64,000 nt of DNA, taken from assembly GCA_046759445.1 (NCBI GenBank), contig JBHICG010000005.1:32001-96000 (forward strand), in the 5' to 3' direction. The position numbers and the translations under genes were made by a program. This document shows positions 1-9,875 of this stretch, in pieces (position 1 is the stretch's first letter; each line of letters opens with the position of its first letter). The DNA is from Candidatus Scalinduaceae bacterium. GTDB lineage: Bacteria > Planctomycetota > Brocadiia > Brocadiales > Scalinduaceae. The notes below the pieces were generated by a model. The model did not search any database, was not told where the DNA came from, and worked only from the letters and a program-made list of their open reading frames with translations.

Positions 1-607
1 GAGTGAAGAGGGGATTGATTTTGATGGTTTCCTGGTTTACGATGCAAAATGTTTCTTGGAAAAACCAGATCGTACTACAGCAGGGCGCCTTGTAGAAAGT
101 GGGAATTATTACTGGAATAGCGGTATTTTCGTTTGGTCTGTAAGTACGATACTGGAAAACATAAAGACTTTTATGCCCGAATTGGCGCTAGGTTTAGCCA
201 GAATTAAGAAATCAATTGATACACCTTATGAGTCAAGGGTTATACATAATGAATACAAACAGTTTGAAAATGTATCAATAGATTATGGAGTGATGGAAAA
301 GGCTTCAAATGTAAAGATAATTGAAGCAAATTTTATGTGGGATGATGTTGGTTCCTGGCTTGCTGTGGAAAGATTGAACAAATCAGATCAAAACAATAAT
401 ACAATATTGGGTAAGCATTGCGGGATTAATACACACGGGAGCATTATAGTCGGAGACGACGAACGCTTGATAACGACTATAAATGTATCTGATATTATTG
501 TCGTAAGTACAAAAGACGTAACCATGGTTTGTAACAAAAACAATGCTGAAGATATTAAAAAATTGATTAGTGTTTTAAAAGAAAAAGGGTATAACGGTTA
601 TCTATAG
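1..607 (+). CDS. manC: Mannose-1-phosphate guanylyltransferase, C-terminal part (5' end lies outside the window)
   Basis: Frame is open from position 2 (SEEGIDFDGFLVYDAKCFLEKPD). Motifs FLEKP, YYWNSGIF, SIDYGVME and WDDVGSW are typical of GMP-type guanylyltransferases. Confidence 0.9.
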   Translation, partial: SEEGIDFDGFLVYDAKCFLEKPDRTTAGRLVESGNYYWNSGIFVWSVSTILENIKTFMPELALGLARIKKSIDTPYESRVIHNEYKQFENVSIDYGVMEKASNVKIIEANFMWDDVGSWLAVERLNKSDQNNNTILGKHCGINTHGSIIVGDDERLITTINVSDIIVVSTKDVTMVCNKNNAEDIKKLISVLKEKGYNGYL

Positions 608-917
608 TATTTAATCCGAAAATAGATTTCCGATCAGACTAGCCCTTTGGACTGGGGTTGTGGTGTGATTTTACTTACTTGTCCGAAGGAAAGGCATAAT
701 AAACTAAGCAATTCCCTTGTTGTGGGATTGCCAATGACTAATTTGTTGTATTATCTGTCATACCCGTGGCATGTTCGCATGACAAGCAGACAGACAATTT
801 AACCCTGACTTTCGTCAGGGCATATTTTCATACATTCGTGTTGCCACATAGTGACATGAAGGTTTGCTTTGTAAAACTTTTTTTTGTAAGTTTTTTATTC
901 ATATCTAAGAGAGGAGG

Positions 918-2669
918 TTGAAATTACAAGGAGCTATGGAAATTAACAGAAATACAATAATTAAAGATCTGGTAAAGGAACACCCGGAAACCCTTTCTGT
1001 CTTCAAAAAATACAATTTGGTTATTGCTGGAGGTGTAAGAGGTCCTAATGAACCACTGGCTTTTTTCTCAAAAGCTCATGAGGTAGACTACGACGAAATA
1101 GCTAAAGAATTGAAAGAGGTTGTTGAGAAGGGAGGAGATGGCAGCGCTGAGACGATAGTCTTAGAAGAAGATAAGGTTTATGAAAGATTTGTAAAAACAG
1201 CTATTTTAATGACATTAACAGTGGGTGTTACATTCGGAGCAGCAATATTGACATATATTAGTGCAAAAGAAGATTTTCGGTCTGTATTGCACTCAATCGT
1301 TCAGGCACATGGACACGCTCAATTGTTTGGCTGGGTAGGTCTTTGCATCATTGGTTTTGCATATTATATTGTGCCGAGGATTAAGAACGTAGAGCTTAGA
1401 TATCGTGATTTAACAGTTACGAGCTTCTGGTTGATGGTGGTGGGGAATATTTTAAGGATATTTGCTCAGCCGTTTTCCAACGAGATGACAAATGTTATCC
1501 TGCCCATTTCAGGGTTATTAGAATTTGCCGCTGTTGCTACATTTGCATACATTATATTTAGTACAGTCCTCGCAAGTGAGGAAAAGAAGAAAGTATACGA
1601 TAAGTTTATCAAAGCGGGAGTAATATGGTTTTTAATCTGTAGTATTATAAACTTATTTATGGATATGTATTTGTTTTTCACAAGTACGCATGAGATACCA
1701 AGAACATTTTACAGTCCTTTTGTGCATATGTTTTTCCTTGGTTTTGTTTTCATGTTTATATTTGGCGTAAATATTAGAACCGTATATGCCTTCCTTGATG
1801 TCAGGACAGTTAGGACTTCCGCTGTGAATACAACATTCTGGCTTTTAAATTTGACTATACCTGTGTATTTTATTGCGAATTCTTTAAATTACCAATCTCC
1901 TTTTTTGCTGGGAGTTTCGTATTTTACAATTTATTTGGTTGCATTCAGTCTTTTGCTATTCGTTTATGGTGTTAGAGTATTTGAAAGATCAACCAGGGAA
2001 CTCGAAGATGTTGTTATGGATAGAAGCTATGCAAAGACTATCAGGGCCGCTTATATATGGTTGATTGTTGGTGTCCTTATACTTGGGGCTAAAACTTTTT
2101 TAAAGGCATTTTCAAAAGAGCAATATTTGCTTCATGGAGCTGCTAATCACGCCCTTGCTGTTGGATTTGTCACAATGATGATTATAGGGTATGCCTCAAA
2201 AATGGTTCCAACATTTAAGGGGATTAATATGTATAGTATTAGACTCTCAGACATAACCTTTGTTCTCATAAATCTGGGTTGTTTTCTAAGAGTTTTTAGC
2301 CAAATAATGATTGGATTATCGGGAGATTTTTATTATTCCCTGATTGGATTTTCTGGTTGGATCGAACTTGCAGCAATCGGGTTATTTGGATACAACATAT
2401 GGAAGACAATGAATACAGTGGAAGAGGATATTGAAAAACCAAAGGAAAAATTAAGTGAAATAACAAAAGACACAAATGTATACGATGTAGTTAATCAATA
2501 TCCTGAAACATTAGATGTATTTTTGGAGTACGGGTTTAAGCAACTTAGCAATCCTGTTGCAAGGAAAACAGTTGCCAAGATGTTTACGATTCAACAAGCG
2601 ACGAAAATACACCCGGTGGAAATAGATAGTCTTCTTAAGGCCCTAAACGATAAGATTACAAAAGCTTGA
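918..2669 (+). CDS. NnrS-like polytopic membrane protein with DUF1858-like domains at both termini (alternative start ATG 936)
   Basis: Many TM segments with HGHAQLFGWVGLCIIG and HALAVGFVTMMIIG motifs. Termini IKDLVKEHPETLSVF and VYDVVNQYPETLDVFLEYGF are paralogous. Confidence 0.7.
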   Translation: MKLQGAMEINRNTIIKDLVKEHPETLSVFKKYNLVIAGGVRGPNEPLAFFSKAHEVDYDEIAKELKEVVEKGGDGSAETIVLEEDKVYERFVKTAILMTLTVGVTFGAAILTYISAKEDFRSVLHSIVQAHGHAQLFGWVGLCIIGFAYYIVPRIKNVELRYRDLTVTSFWLMVVGNILRIFAQPFSNEMTNVILPISGLLEFAAVATFAYIIFSTVLASEEKKKVYDKFIKAGVIWFLICSIINLFMDMYLFFTSTHEIPRTFYSPFVHMFFLGFVFMFIFGVNIRTVYAFLDVRTVRTSAVNTTFWLLNLTIPVYFIANSLNYQSPFLLGVSYFTIYLVAFSLLLFVYGVRVFERSTRELEDVVMDRSYAKTIRAAYIWLIVGVLILGAKTFLKAFSKEQYLLHGAANHALAVGFVTMMIIGYASKMVPTFKGINMYSIRLSDITFVLINLGCFLRVFSQIMIGLSGDFYYSLIGFSGWIELAAIGLFGYNIWKTMNTVEEDIEKPKEKLSEITKDTNVYDVVNQYPETLDVFLEYGFKQLSNPVARKTVAKMFTIQQATKIHPVEIDSLLKALNDKITKA

Positions 2670-2687
2670 ATACTAATGGAGTAAACG

Positions 2688-2725
2688 GCTGTTCCACCTA
2701 ATAGTGGAACAGCTAAGGTGTTTTT
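2688..2725 (+). terminator. Putative intrinsic terminator
   Basis: Perfect 10-bp stem GCTGTTCCAC/GTGGAACAGC just after the stop at 2669, with a T-run shortly downstream. Confidence 0.55.
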
Positions 2726-2899
2726 ATTCCCCTGTTATGTTAAGCGTGGTTAAGATGTGCTGAAGTGTGTGCTTGTTTTTTTAAAAGGAATTTTCCAAAG
2801 TGCAATTTGTGACATCTGATAGTATAATTGAATATTGTTCATTTAACTCTGTTCATTAATTGCAGTATAATAGGGCTGTAAAATCCAATTGAAATCCAC

Positions 2900-4225
2900 G
2901 TGATATTGAGTAATTACAGATTTTCGATTGACCAAATATACGTTATGAAGGCACTAAGAATAGCCATATTTTTTATGATACCTAGCTTTTTGTTGTCTGA
3001 ATTATGCATTGCTCAAAAGGCGGAGGATTATTTTAGGAGGGGGACGGGTTATTTAGAAACAAGACTTATAGACAAAGCAATTGTTGAATATAAAAAGGCT
3101 TTACCTTTGCTAAAAGAAGATCAAAGTCAATTAAAGGCCGAGATATATTCGGCCCTTGCAAATGCATATAATTGGAAAGGAATATACAAAGCTGCAATTA
3201 CGGCGTGTAAAAAAGCCATAGAAATTAATCCTGATCTCGCTAATGCACACTATAATCTGGGGTTTGCATACAGAGAGGAGAAGAAGAAGAAACTGGCAGA
3301 AAAGGAATTTGCGCTCTATGAAAAATTACTAAAGCAACAAGGAGAATACATTAAAATTCCTGAAAAACCAACTTCAGAGGATATTAATAAGTATGTAAGA
3401 CTTGGAGATAATTATTTTAAGGAAGGTAAATTTGATGAAGCAATATCAGAATACAAAAAGGCATTAGAAATAAAATCCAATGAAGGCATACTCAATAAAC
3501 TTGGTAACGCTTACAAAAGAAAGAGGCTGAAAAATAAATCTACAGGTAAAACTGCAAGAGAGCCTTTGAAAGAACAACGAAAGTCAACAGAAACTGATTT
3601 GGTTGCAGATGAAAAGTATTTAAATAGCATGCCGGAATTGGGAGAAGCAACTGAAGTGGCCCCAGATACTTCAATGGCTGATTCCTTGGCTGAGGGCATT
3701 TTATATTATAATAAAGGGATGCTTGATAAGGCGATAGAAGAATTCAAAGAAGTGATTGAAATTGATCCAGAAGATGTAAACGCTTATTACAACCTTGGAA
3801 ATGCTTACGTTGATAAGGGAATGTTTAACGAAGCAATTTCTGCGTATAAAAGGGCGATAGAAATAAATCCCGAATTTATAGATGCTTATCTTAATCTCGG
3901 GATGATTTATTTGAATAAGGACTTAACTGATGAAGTGATTTCTTTATACAAACAAGCCCTAAAACATAGTCCAAATGATACATTCTTATATTATCATCTC
4001 GGAGAAGCATACGCCTATAAGGAACGATATCAGAAAGCTATAACAGAGTTTAAGAAAGCTATATCCATAAACCCTATGGATCCGGATTCACAGTACCGTT
4101 TAGCAGAAATGTATTACGAAACTAAACAGTTTGACCTTGCATTGAAGCACATAAGGCGTGCTGAAGAATTGGGATACTCTGTGGAACAGGATTTTATTAA
4201 TAATTTGAAAAAGGAAACTCAATAA
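2900..4225 (+). CDS. Tetratricopeptide repeat protein, probably exported (likely start ATG 2945)
   Basis: Repeated A.Y.NLG..Y...G...EAI..YK.A.EINP units. Hydrophobic N-terminus after MKALR. Confidence 0.9.
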   Translation: MILSNYRFSIDQIYVMKALRIAIFFMIPSFLLSELCIAQKAEDYFRRGTGYLETRLIDKAIVEYKKALPLLKEDQSQLKAEIYSALANAYNWKGIYKAAITACKKAIEINPDLANAHYNLGFAYREEKKKKLAEKEFALYEKLLKQQGEYIKIPEKPTSEDINKYVRLGDNYFKEGKFDEAISEYKKALEIKSNEGILNKLGNAYKRKRLKNKSTGKTAREPLKEQRKSTETDLVADEKYLNSMPELGEATEVAPDTSMADSLAEGILYYNKGMLDKAIEEFKEVIEIDPEDVNAYYNLGNAYVDKGMFNEAISAYKRAIEINPEFIDAYLNLGMIYLNKDLTDEVISLYKQALKHSPNDTFLYYHLGEAYAYKERYQKAITEFKKAISINPMDPDSQYRLAEMYYETKQFDLALKHIRRAEELGYSVEQDFINNLKKETQ

Positions 4226-4438
4226 AATATATAGTACGCTTAGAAAACCAGTTGTATAAACTAAATTGAGTAATTTATGTGATCGCAACCTTTGGGTTGT
4301 GTAATTTCAAAGGATTTTTAATCTCCTGCCAAAACATATAGTTGGACTCCTACAGCTTTTAGATACAGAATCTCTGAATTCACAAATCCTTCGAATTGGC
4401 AAGTTCTTTCCCTTTCCCTGATGTGCAATCATTACAAA

Positions 4439-4473
4439 GTCTGTCATAGACTGTCTAACACTTTACGTGACAC
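4439..4473. promoter_or_regulatory. 10-bp-phased repeat array (TGTCATAGAC TGTCTAACAC TTTACGTGAC), copy 1
   Basis: Same unit as the arrays at 5690-5719 and 56452-56481. Confidence 0.5.
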
Positions 4474-4739
4474 TTCTTTAGATTTTCCAAGACCATCAAA
4501 AATTGACTGATTTTCCAGTCAACTATTGCTGAATGATGTTATGAATAGTAAACGCACCTTATCTTATATATAATAAAGACTTAAATCGAAAATGGAGTGT
4601 TATGAGATACTAAGTTGATTATAATAAACATTGTTCTCCCTGAAAGGATTTCCTCTCTAACTCTCATCTTACAAAAAAACCAGAACTTAACTTATTTATA
4701 TACCATGGCTTACAAAAATATTTACTTTTGAACACATAA

Positions 4740-4755
4740 TGGTAAGAAAATTGTT
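4740..4755 (+). promoter_or_regulatory. Possible sigma54 (-24/-12) promoter upstream of the PilZ gene
   Basis: TGG-TAAGAAAA-TTGT has the TGG-N8-TTGC spacing, but the -12 element is GT rather than GC. Confidence 0.35.
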
Positions 4756-4923
4756 ATATATAAGTTAGCTTTTATTATTATCGATAACTTTTCTTTTGTC
4801 TACTTTGTTTACATCAGGCACATACTCAACTATGAAAACATGGCATGGAGATAACCCTGATGCATAATCTAAAGTATATGGCGTATAGAGGGATAAGATT
4901 TTAGAAAGACAGAACAAGTAAAA

Positions 4924-5295
4924 GTGACAATACCGATATTTCGAGAACATATAACTATGATATATCATATCAAACGAAATGAAAGGCGAGTTTGTGAAAG
5001 ATTAGAACGCACACTGCCAATAACATTACTTGATCATAAAGTAAAATCAAAAAATATAAGCTCTCGCGGTATTTATTTTGAAACGATAGCAAGTGATGTT
5101 GAAAAGTACTTACCAGGAAAAGCCATTATGGTTGAAGTAGAAGCAACAGCTTCCAGACCTGGACTACCTGAAAGAAAAATTAAACTTGCTGGGATTGGAG
5201 AAGTTATCAGGTTAGAAGAAATAGATAACAACGAATGTGGTAATAAATTAGGCGTGGCTTTAAAGTTCAGTGAGAAACTTAAAGTATATTTTTAA
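4924..5295 (+). CDS. Stand-alone PilZ-domain protein (likely start ATG 4958)
   Basis: RxxxR motif (ERRVCER), (D/N)xSxxG motif (NISSRG) and C-terminal GVALKF beta strand. Confidence 0.8.
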   Translation: MTIPIFREHITMIYHIKRNERRVCERLERTLPITLLDHKVKSKNISSRGIYFETIASDVEKYLPGKAIMVEVEATASRPGLPERKIKLAGIGEVIRLEEIDNNECGNKLGVALKFSEKLKVYF

Positions 5296-5403
5296 TTTGA
5301 ATCTTTTTAGATTGTATAAGCAGTATCATAATATTCTCGGACATTAAGTGTCTAAATTAAATAGACATGGACAACAAACATTAAAAGGAGGGAGGGTTAA
5401 TTC

Positions 5404-5592
5404 ATGAATGCATTGTTAACAATCTCAGAAGTTGCTGAGAGAGTTGGTGTAAGTACAAGAACAATCCAGAGATGGGAAGCGACAGGAAGGGTTAAAAAGG
5501 CAAAAAGGGATCGAAGGGGCTGGAGAGTATTTGACCACGATGATGTTGAAGACCTAATAACATTTCATAATATGGTTGCATCATTTTCATGA
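5404..5592 (+). CDS. Small MerR-family HTH protein with no effector domain (BldC/Xis-like)
   Basis: LTISEVAERVGVSTRTIQRWE..G...R..RGWRVF. Strong SD AAGGAGGGAGG upstream. 62 aa. Confidence 0.85.
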   Translation: MNALLTISEVAERVGVSTRTIQRWEATGRVKKAKRDRRGWRVFDHDDVEDLITFHNMVASFS

Positions 5593-5689
5593 GATTTGAA
5601 GCGGAATAGACAATTTAGCTTATATAAAAACAAAATAGTGAATAATAAGGCTGAAGGCCAATATATATAAGTATAGGTCCTACCATGTC

Positions 5690-5996
5690 TGTCCAGGACT
5701 GTCATAGACACTCCATGACACCGTAGATTTTAACTTGACAATTAAAAATATTTCTATATTTTCATTAACAACTTCTGGCATATTGACGTAATTACCCACA
5801 TTAAATCTTAGGTGAAGTGAAGTGCAAAAGGCCACTGTTACTGTTCCGCATTTTTTCTCACACCTATATCTGCATTTTCCGCAGAGACATAATAATAAAT
5901 CATCGGTTCAATCACTTATACCATGTTTCAGGGTTTATGAAACACTTCAAATAAATCCTTCGAATTTCCTGGTTTTCAATCCTGCTTTTGTTCGAG
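5690..5996 (+). repeat. Conserved ~300-bp intergenic element, copy A (phased repeats, TTGACA promoter, conserved leader)
   Basis: Collinear blocks are shared with the reverse complement of 56157-56481: AGACACTCCATGACA, CTTGACAATTA, TATTGACGTRATTACCCACA, AAAAG(G)CCACT, CACCTATATCTGC, GAAACACTTCAAATAAATC, TCGAATTTCCTG, TGCTTTTGT.CGAG. Confidence 0.8.
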
Positions 5997-6404
5997 GGAT
6001 TATCGTTCGTAAAACATATATTTAAGATTATCTCGAACAGGTGCGGTTGATTTTAAGGATATGCTTATTTCTACTTGAGAGCGTTGGTATAGGCACGACT
6101 AGTCCTCAGGAGCATATCCAAAGCCATGATGGACGCTAATGTAGTCAGGAGATCGTGTAAATGGGAGCGAATAGTAATGGCATTGTAAAAGACTAAAGAA
6201 GGCAGACATTTAACGAGGTAGATATCTTTCAAACGTACAGGGATGTGCGGAGGTGTTTTCCACTGAGATAATATACGGTGGTGTGTGGACAAATAAGGAT
6301 TACTTATCTTTTAAGAGGATAGAAGAATGATGAACTTACAGAACTATTATGTAAAAATGTATTTTAAAAAATTAAGACATTTTCTATAATCTTTTATTTT
6401 CCTT

Positions 6405-7466
6405 TTGTTTTCGGAATTTCAAGATAGGACTGGTCTCAGAAAGACAACTCCAATTATGAATTTAAAAAAAACAATCCGTTGGCCACTTGTCATTATTGCA
6501 CTGCTGGCAGCAGCATTTTTTACGATACCCAACCCCGTTCACCGTATTCTCCTGAAAAAAAATCTGATGCCAGTCATAGAGAATAAAATTTATCGCAGTG
6601 CGCAGCCGGCTGCATCAGATATTGCCGCCTGGAGTAAGCAGTTGAAATTACGCAGTATTGTCAATTTGCGAAGTGGTGGTCACTGGCTGAAAGATGAAAT
6701 GGCTGCTGCAAAATCAGAGGGACTTAATTTTTATAGTGTCCATATAAGTTCCGGTCATTTACCTGAAATGCATGTTTTGCGTAAACTGATTCATATTTTA
6801 GACACAGCGCCACAACCTTTATTAGTGCACTGTTTAAGCGGAATAGATCGTTCCGGTTTTTTTTCAGCATTGGCAATTTTACTTAACGGAGGAAATCTTG
6901 AACAAGCTCGTAAACAATTCAGTCTATCAAAAGGTTTCACACCATTTCGTGACGCAGATGCCCTACTTTTGTTCTTATCAGAATATGAAAACTGGTTAGC
7001 TGGAAATAAGCTGCACCATACACCTGAACATTTGCGTCATTGGGCTCAGGATATTTACATTCCTTATTTCTACCATGCATCCATCACTCCCATCACATTC
7101 CCTGATCAAGTTCTTGTTGGTCAGTCAACTCCCTTAAAAGTTGCAGTCAAAAATACTAGCTATCAAACGATTCCCTTCCGCACCAGCGAAAGGGGTGTTC
7201 ACTTAGGAGCTTTTTTACATAAGGTGGATTCACAAGGAAAGTTACCCACGCAACTTAGAGGTCGTTTTATTGACCTTGATCTTGCACCTAACGAAACAAC
7301 AGTGCTTGACCTGCAATTACCTTCTATAACGGAACCGGGGAAATATCTTTTAGAAATCGACCTGGTTGATGAGCTGGTACGCTGGTTTCACGAAATGGGC
7401 ATCCCGATGTATCAATTTGAATTTGAAGTTGTTCCAACATCTCCCCCCCCTATCGACCCGACATAA
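6405..7466 (+). CDS. Dual-specificity/tyrosine phosphatase family protein with N-terminal anchor and C-terminal Ig-like domain (likely start ATG 6456)
   Basis: IYRSAQP, IVNLR and the catalytic HCLSGIDRSG (HCxxGxxR). Beta-rich tail ..PGKYLLEIDLVDE..WF. Confidence 0.8.
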   Translation: MFSEFQDRTGLRKTTPIMNLKKTIRWPLVIIALLAAAFFTIPNPVHRILLKKNLMPVIENKIYRSAQPAASDIAAWSKQLKLRSIVNLRSGGHWLKDEMAAAKSEGLNFYSVHISSGHLPEMHVLRKLIHILDTAPQPLLVHCLSGIDRSGFFSALAILLNGGNLEQARKQFSLSKGFTPFRDADALLLFLSEYENWLAGNKLHHTPEHLRHWAQDIYIPYFYHASITPITFPDQVLVGQSTPLKVAVKNTSYQTIPFRTSERGVHLGAFLHKVDSQGKLPTQLRGRFIDLDLAPNETTVLDLQLPSITEPGKYLLEIDLVDELVRWFHEMGIPMYQFEFEVVPTSPPPIDPT

Positions 7467-7796
7467 TTGCCCTATATATTTTTCGGTCTTTCAGTGGGTG
7501 CAGGGTTTATTTTGTACCGACAGGCACACTTTTAAACTAAATCCCGCACATTTTCAAAGTTAAATCTGTACTAACAGCTCTCCACTATCGCAACAATATC
7601 AATATGGCAAAGACCATTGGTAATGAGGGACAACACTTCCCATATTTCATTTCAACAGTAATATAGATTGATTGTTTGTAGAGTTTCAAAGTTCGTAGTT
7701 CCTGGTTTCTTGTTTGTTGTGTGAAGAAAATATTCTCACTGTTCACGAAGGTAGAAAGAAACAGTAGCAGAGATATCGAAGACATTTGGAAGTTAT

Positions 7797-8954
7797 TCAT
7801 TCATCGCCTTCTAAACACTCAATCTCCGTTGCAAGTTCATGTTCAGTGATACTTCTTAAACCACCTAATCCTGGATTGTCTACGCCCTTATGTTGGATTA
7901 AGACCTTGAATATATCTCCCATCCCACCCGGTAGGATAAGGTTCTTCATTGTCAGGAATCTTCCAATATTCCCGTGTGATTCTTTCATCTTATCAAGGAT
8001 GTTAAGGGCTATTAGAAAGTGTGACTGTTTGGTATATCCCGTTGTCGTTAATCCGGATTCCTTTCCGGTTTGCATCAAGGCGCTAAAATTTACATGAGAC
8101 GTTATATCCTGATTGCCTAACCTTGAGAATGGATTTTCAGATGTGGTATGTTTGTAGTAACACATCAGAGTCCCCCTGGCTCTATTTTCAGAATAAAGGT
8201 CTTCGGCAAGATAGCCATAATCTATAGTAATAACGAATCCCCTCTTTAAGAAACTAGATACGTTCCTCATCCAGTCCAGAGCTTTCAGGTTTACTTCTGC
8301 CTTCTGTCCTTCATTAAGATTTACGTTTAATTCTTTGAAATAATCTTTCAATTTTGGGATAGATAGTTCGTCTATTATTTCAAAAAACTCACCATTATTT
8401 GTTTCTACATATATTTCCCTCAAACAACCATTTTCAACAATTACCTGATGTACGGGAAGAGAGTCAATAAATTCGTTTGACAAAAAGCATCCATTGACAG
8501 GTTCGAACGTAAATCCATCTGACGAAAAAGACTCCCACTTAATTTTGTCTTCAAATTCCTTTAAGATTCCAGATTGTTTTTTTACAAAATCCTTGCTTAT
8601 CTCTACAATTTTATAATCTAACTTCTCAAAAAAATCGGGAAATTTATCCTTAATAAAACTGATTATATCGTAACAAAGCCAGCCCTTACCTGCTCCCATC
8701 TCCACAACCGTAAAATTACCACTTTCTAAGAGCCTCCACATCTGTTCCAGTTGTCTGGCAATAAGTTCTCCGAATACAGGATGAACGTCTGAACTCGTAT
8801 AAAAGTCACCTCTTTTGCCTATCCTCTCATTTTTGTAGGTGTAGTATCCATGTTCCGGATGATAAAGCGCTAAGTCCATAAATTCTTCAAAAGTTATCTT
8901 TCCCTTCTTTTCTATTAAATCAATAATAACAGCCTTTAAGTCTGAGTAATTCAT
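7797..8954 (-). CDS. SAM-dependent methyltransferase, MidA/NDUFAF7 family
   Basis: FEEFMDLALYHP..GYY, GDFYTS, VVEMGAGKG, NEFIDSLPV, IDYG and QDITSHVNF motifs. Confidence 0.9.
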   Translation of the reverse strand: MNYSDLKAVIIDLIEKKGKITFEEFMDLALYHPEHGYYTYKNERIGKRGDFYTSSDVHPVFGELIARQLEQMWRLLESGNFTVVEMGAGKGWLCYDIISFIKDKFPDFFEKLDYKIVEISKDFVKKQSGILKEFEDKIKWESFSSDGFTFEPVNGCFLSNEFIDSLPVHQVIVENGCLREIYVETNNGEFFEIIDELSIPKLKDYFKELNVNLNEGQKAEVNLKALDWMRNVSSFLKRGFVITIDYGYLAEDLYSENRARGTLMCYYKHTTSENPFSRLGNQDITSHVNFSALMQTGKESGLTTTGYTKQSHFLIALNILDKMKESHGNIGRFLTMKNLILPGGMGDIFKVLIQHKGVDNPGLGGLRSITEHELATEIECLEGDE

Positions 8955-9145
8955 AAAACGAATGTTATCAGAAACAGTATCCAGTTTCTAAGGTATAATC
9001 TAAAGATTTGGACTTTTTAATATGTGTTATATTGATGTTTAAGGTTCAATTTTTTAAGGCAATAGAAGGATTTGTAAGTCTTTCTTGCAATAGATGTTAT
9101 GCTTGCATAAATTCATATTAGAAATCTTTATTATTTAGACATAAT

Positions 9146-9161
9146 TGGCACGACAATTGTT
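9146..9161 (+). promoter_or_regulatory. Possible sigma54 promoter
   Basis: TGGCAC-GACAA-TTGT, near-consensus -24/-12, ~140 bp upstream of ORF 9298. Confidence 0.5.
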
Positions 9162-9297
9162 CTAATAAACTTTAGAAGAAGAAAATCATTGCTTAATATC
9201 AAATGTTGAAAATTTTATTTCTTCAAATAAAACAGAAAAAGGCAATAAAATATTTGATATTAGACAAATTATTAATAAATAATGCGAAAAGGAGGGT

Positions 9298-9726
9298 ATG
9301 AGAGTGTGTAGGATCACAAGATGCGCAATGCTAACCTTCTTTTTAGGGGCTTTTTTGTTTGGCTTCAATGCTTATGCTGGAAAATCAATTGATTGGCCTG
9401 GTTTCGCAGAAGGAGCTGCAAGTCTTGCTGTAATCGAGGGTAAGATAAAGAGTATCGATCTGGAAAAAATGAATTTAACATTGGAAGATTGTGAACTGTT
9501 AGGATCAGAGCCCTTAATGCTATATAAAGGCACCGTCTGCTATATAGGAGATGAAAAGACTGACATAGTATCTATTAGAGACGGAACAAAGTTCCAGAAG
9601 AAAGACGAAATAAGCTTCGATCATCTTAAGGCTGGTGATTACGTCAAATGCAATTATTCAATAAAGGAAGGTAAGTTTAAGGCAGTAAGAATTGTCTTGA
9701 CTACAACATATCTTAGAATGGAGTAA
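9298..9726 (+). CDS. Exported hypothetical protein, OB-fold/DUF5666-like
   Basis: SD AAGGAGG, signal peptide ending AYA, EGKIKSID...DHLKAGDYVKCNY pattern. Confidence 0.65.
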   Translation: MRVCRITRCAMLTFFLGAFLFGFNAYAGKSIDWPGFAEGAASLAVIEGKIKSIDLEKMNLTLEDCELLGSEPLMLYKGTVCYIGDEKTDIVSIRDGTKFQKKDEISFDHLKAGDYVKCNYSIKEGKFKAVRIVLTTTYLRME

Positions 9727-9875
9727 TTAGTAATAAAAGAATGGGGAGAGAATAGTTTCTGTTGCCGGAAAATAAATATGTGCCGATATAAATACTCAAG
9801 AAATTGTTTCTCGCAACAGGAAGTCCTTATCTTTTATCGTAAGCAGAAAATGCTTATTTTAAACAAAGCAATGAT

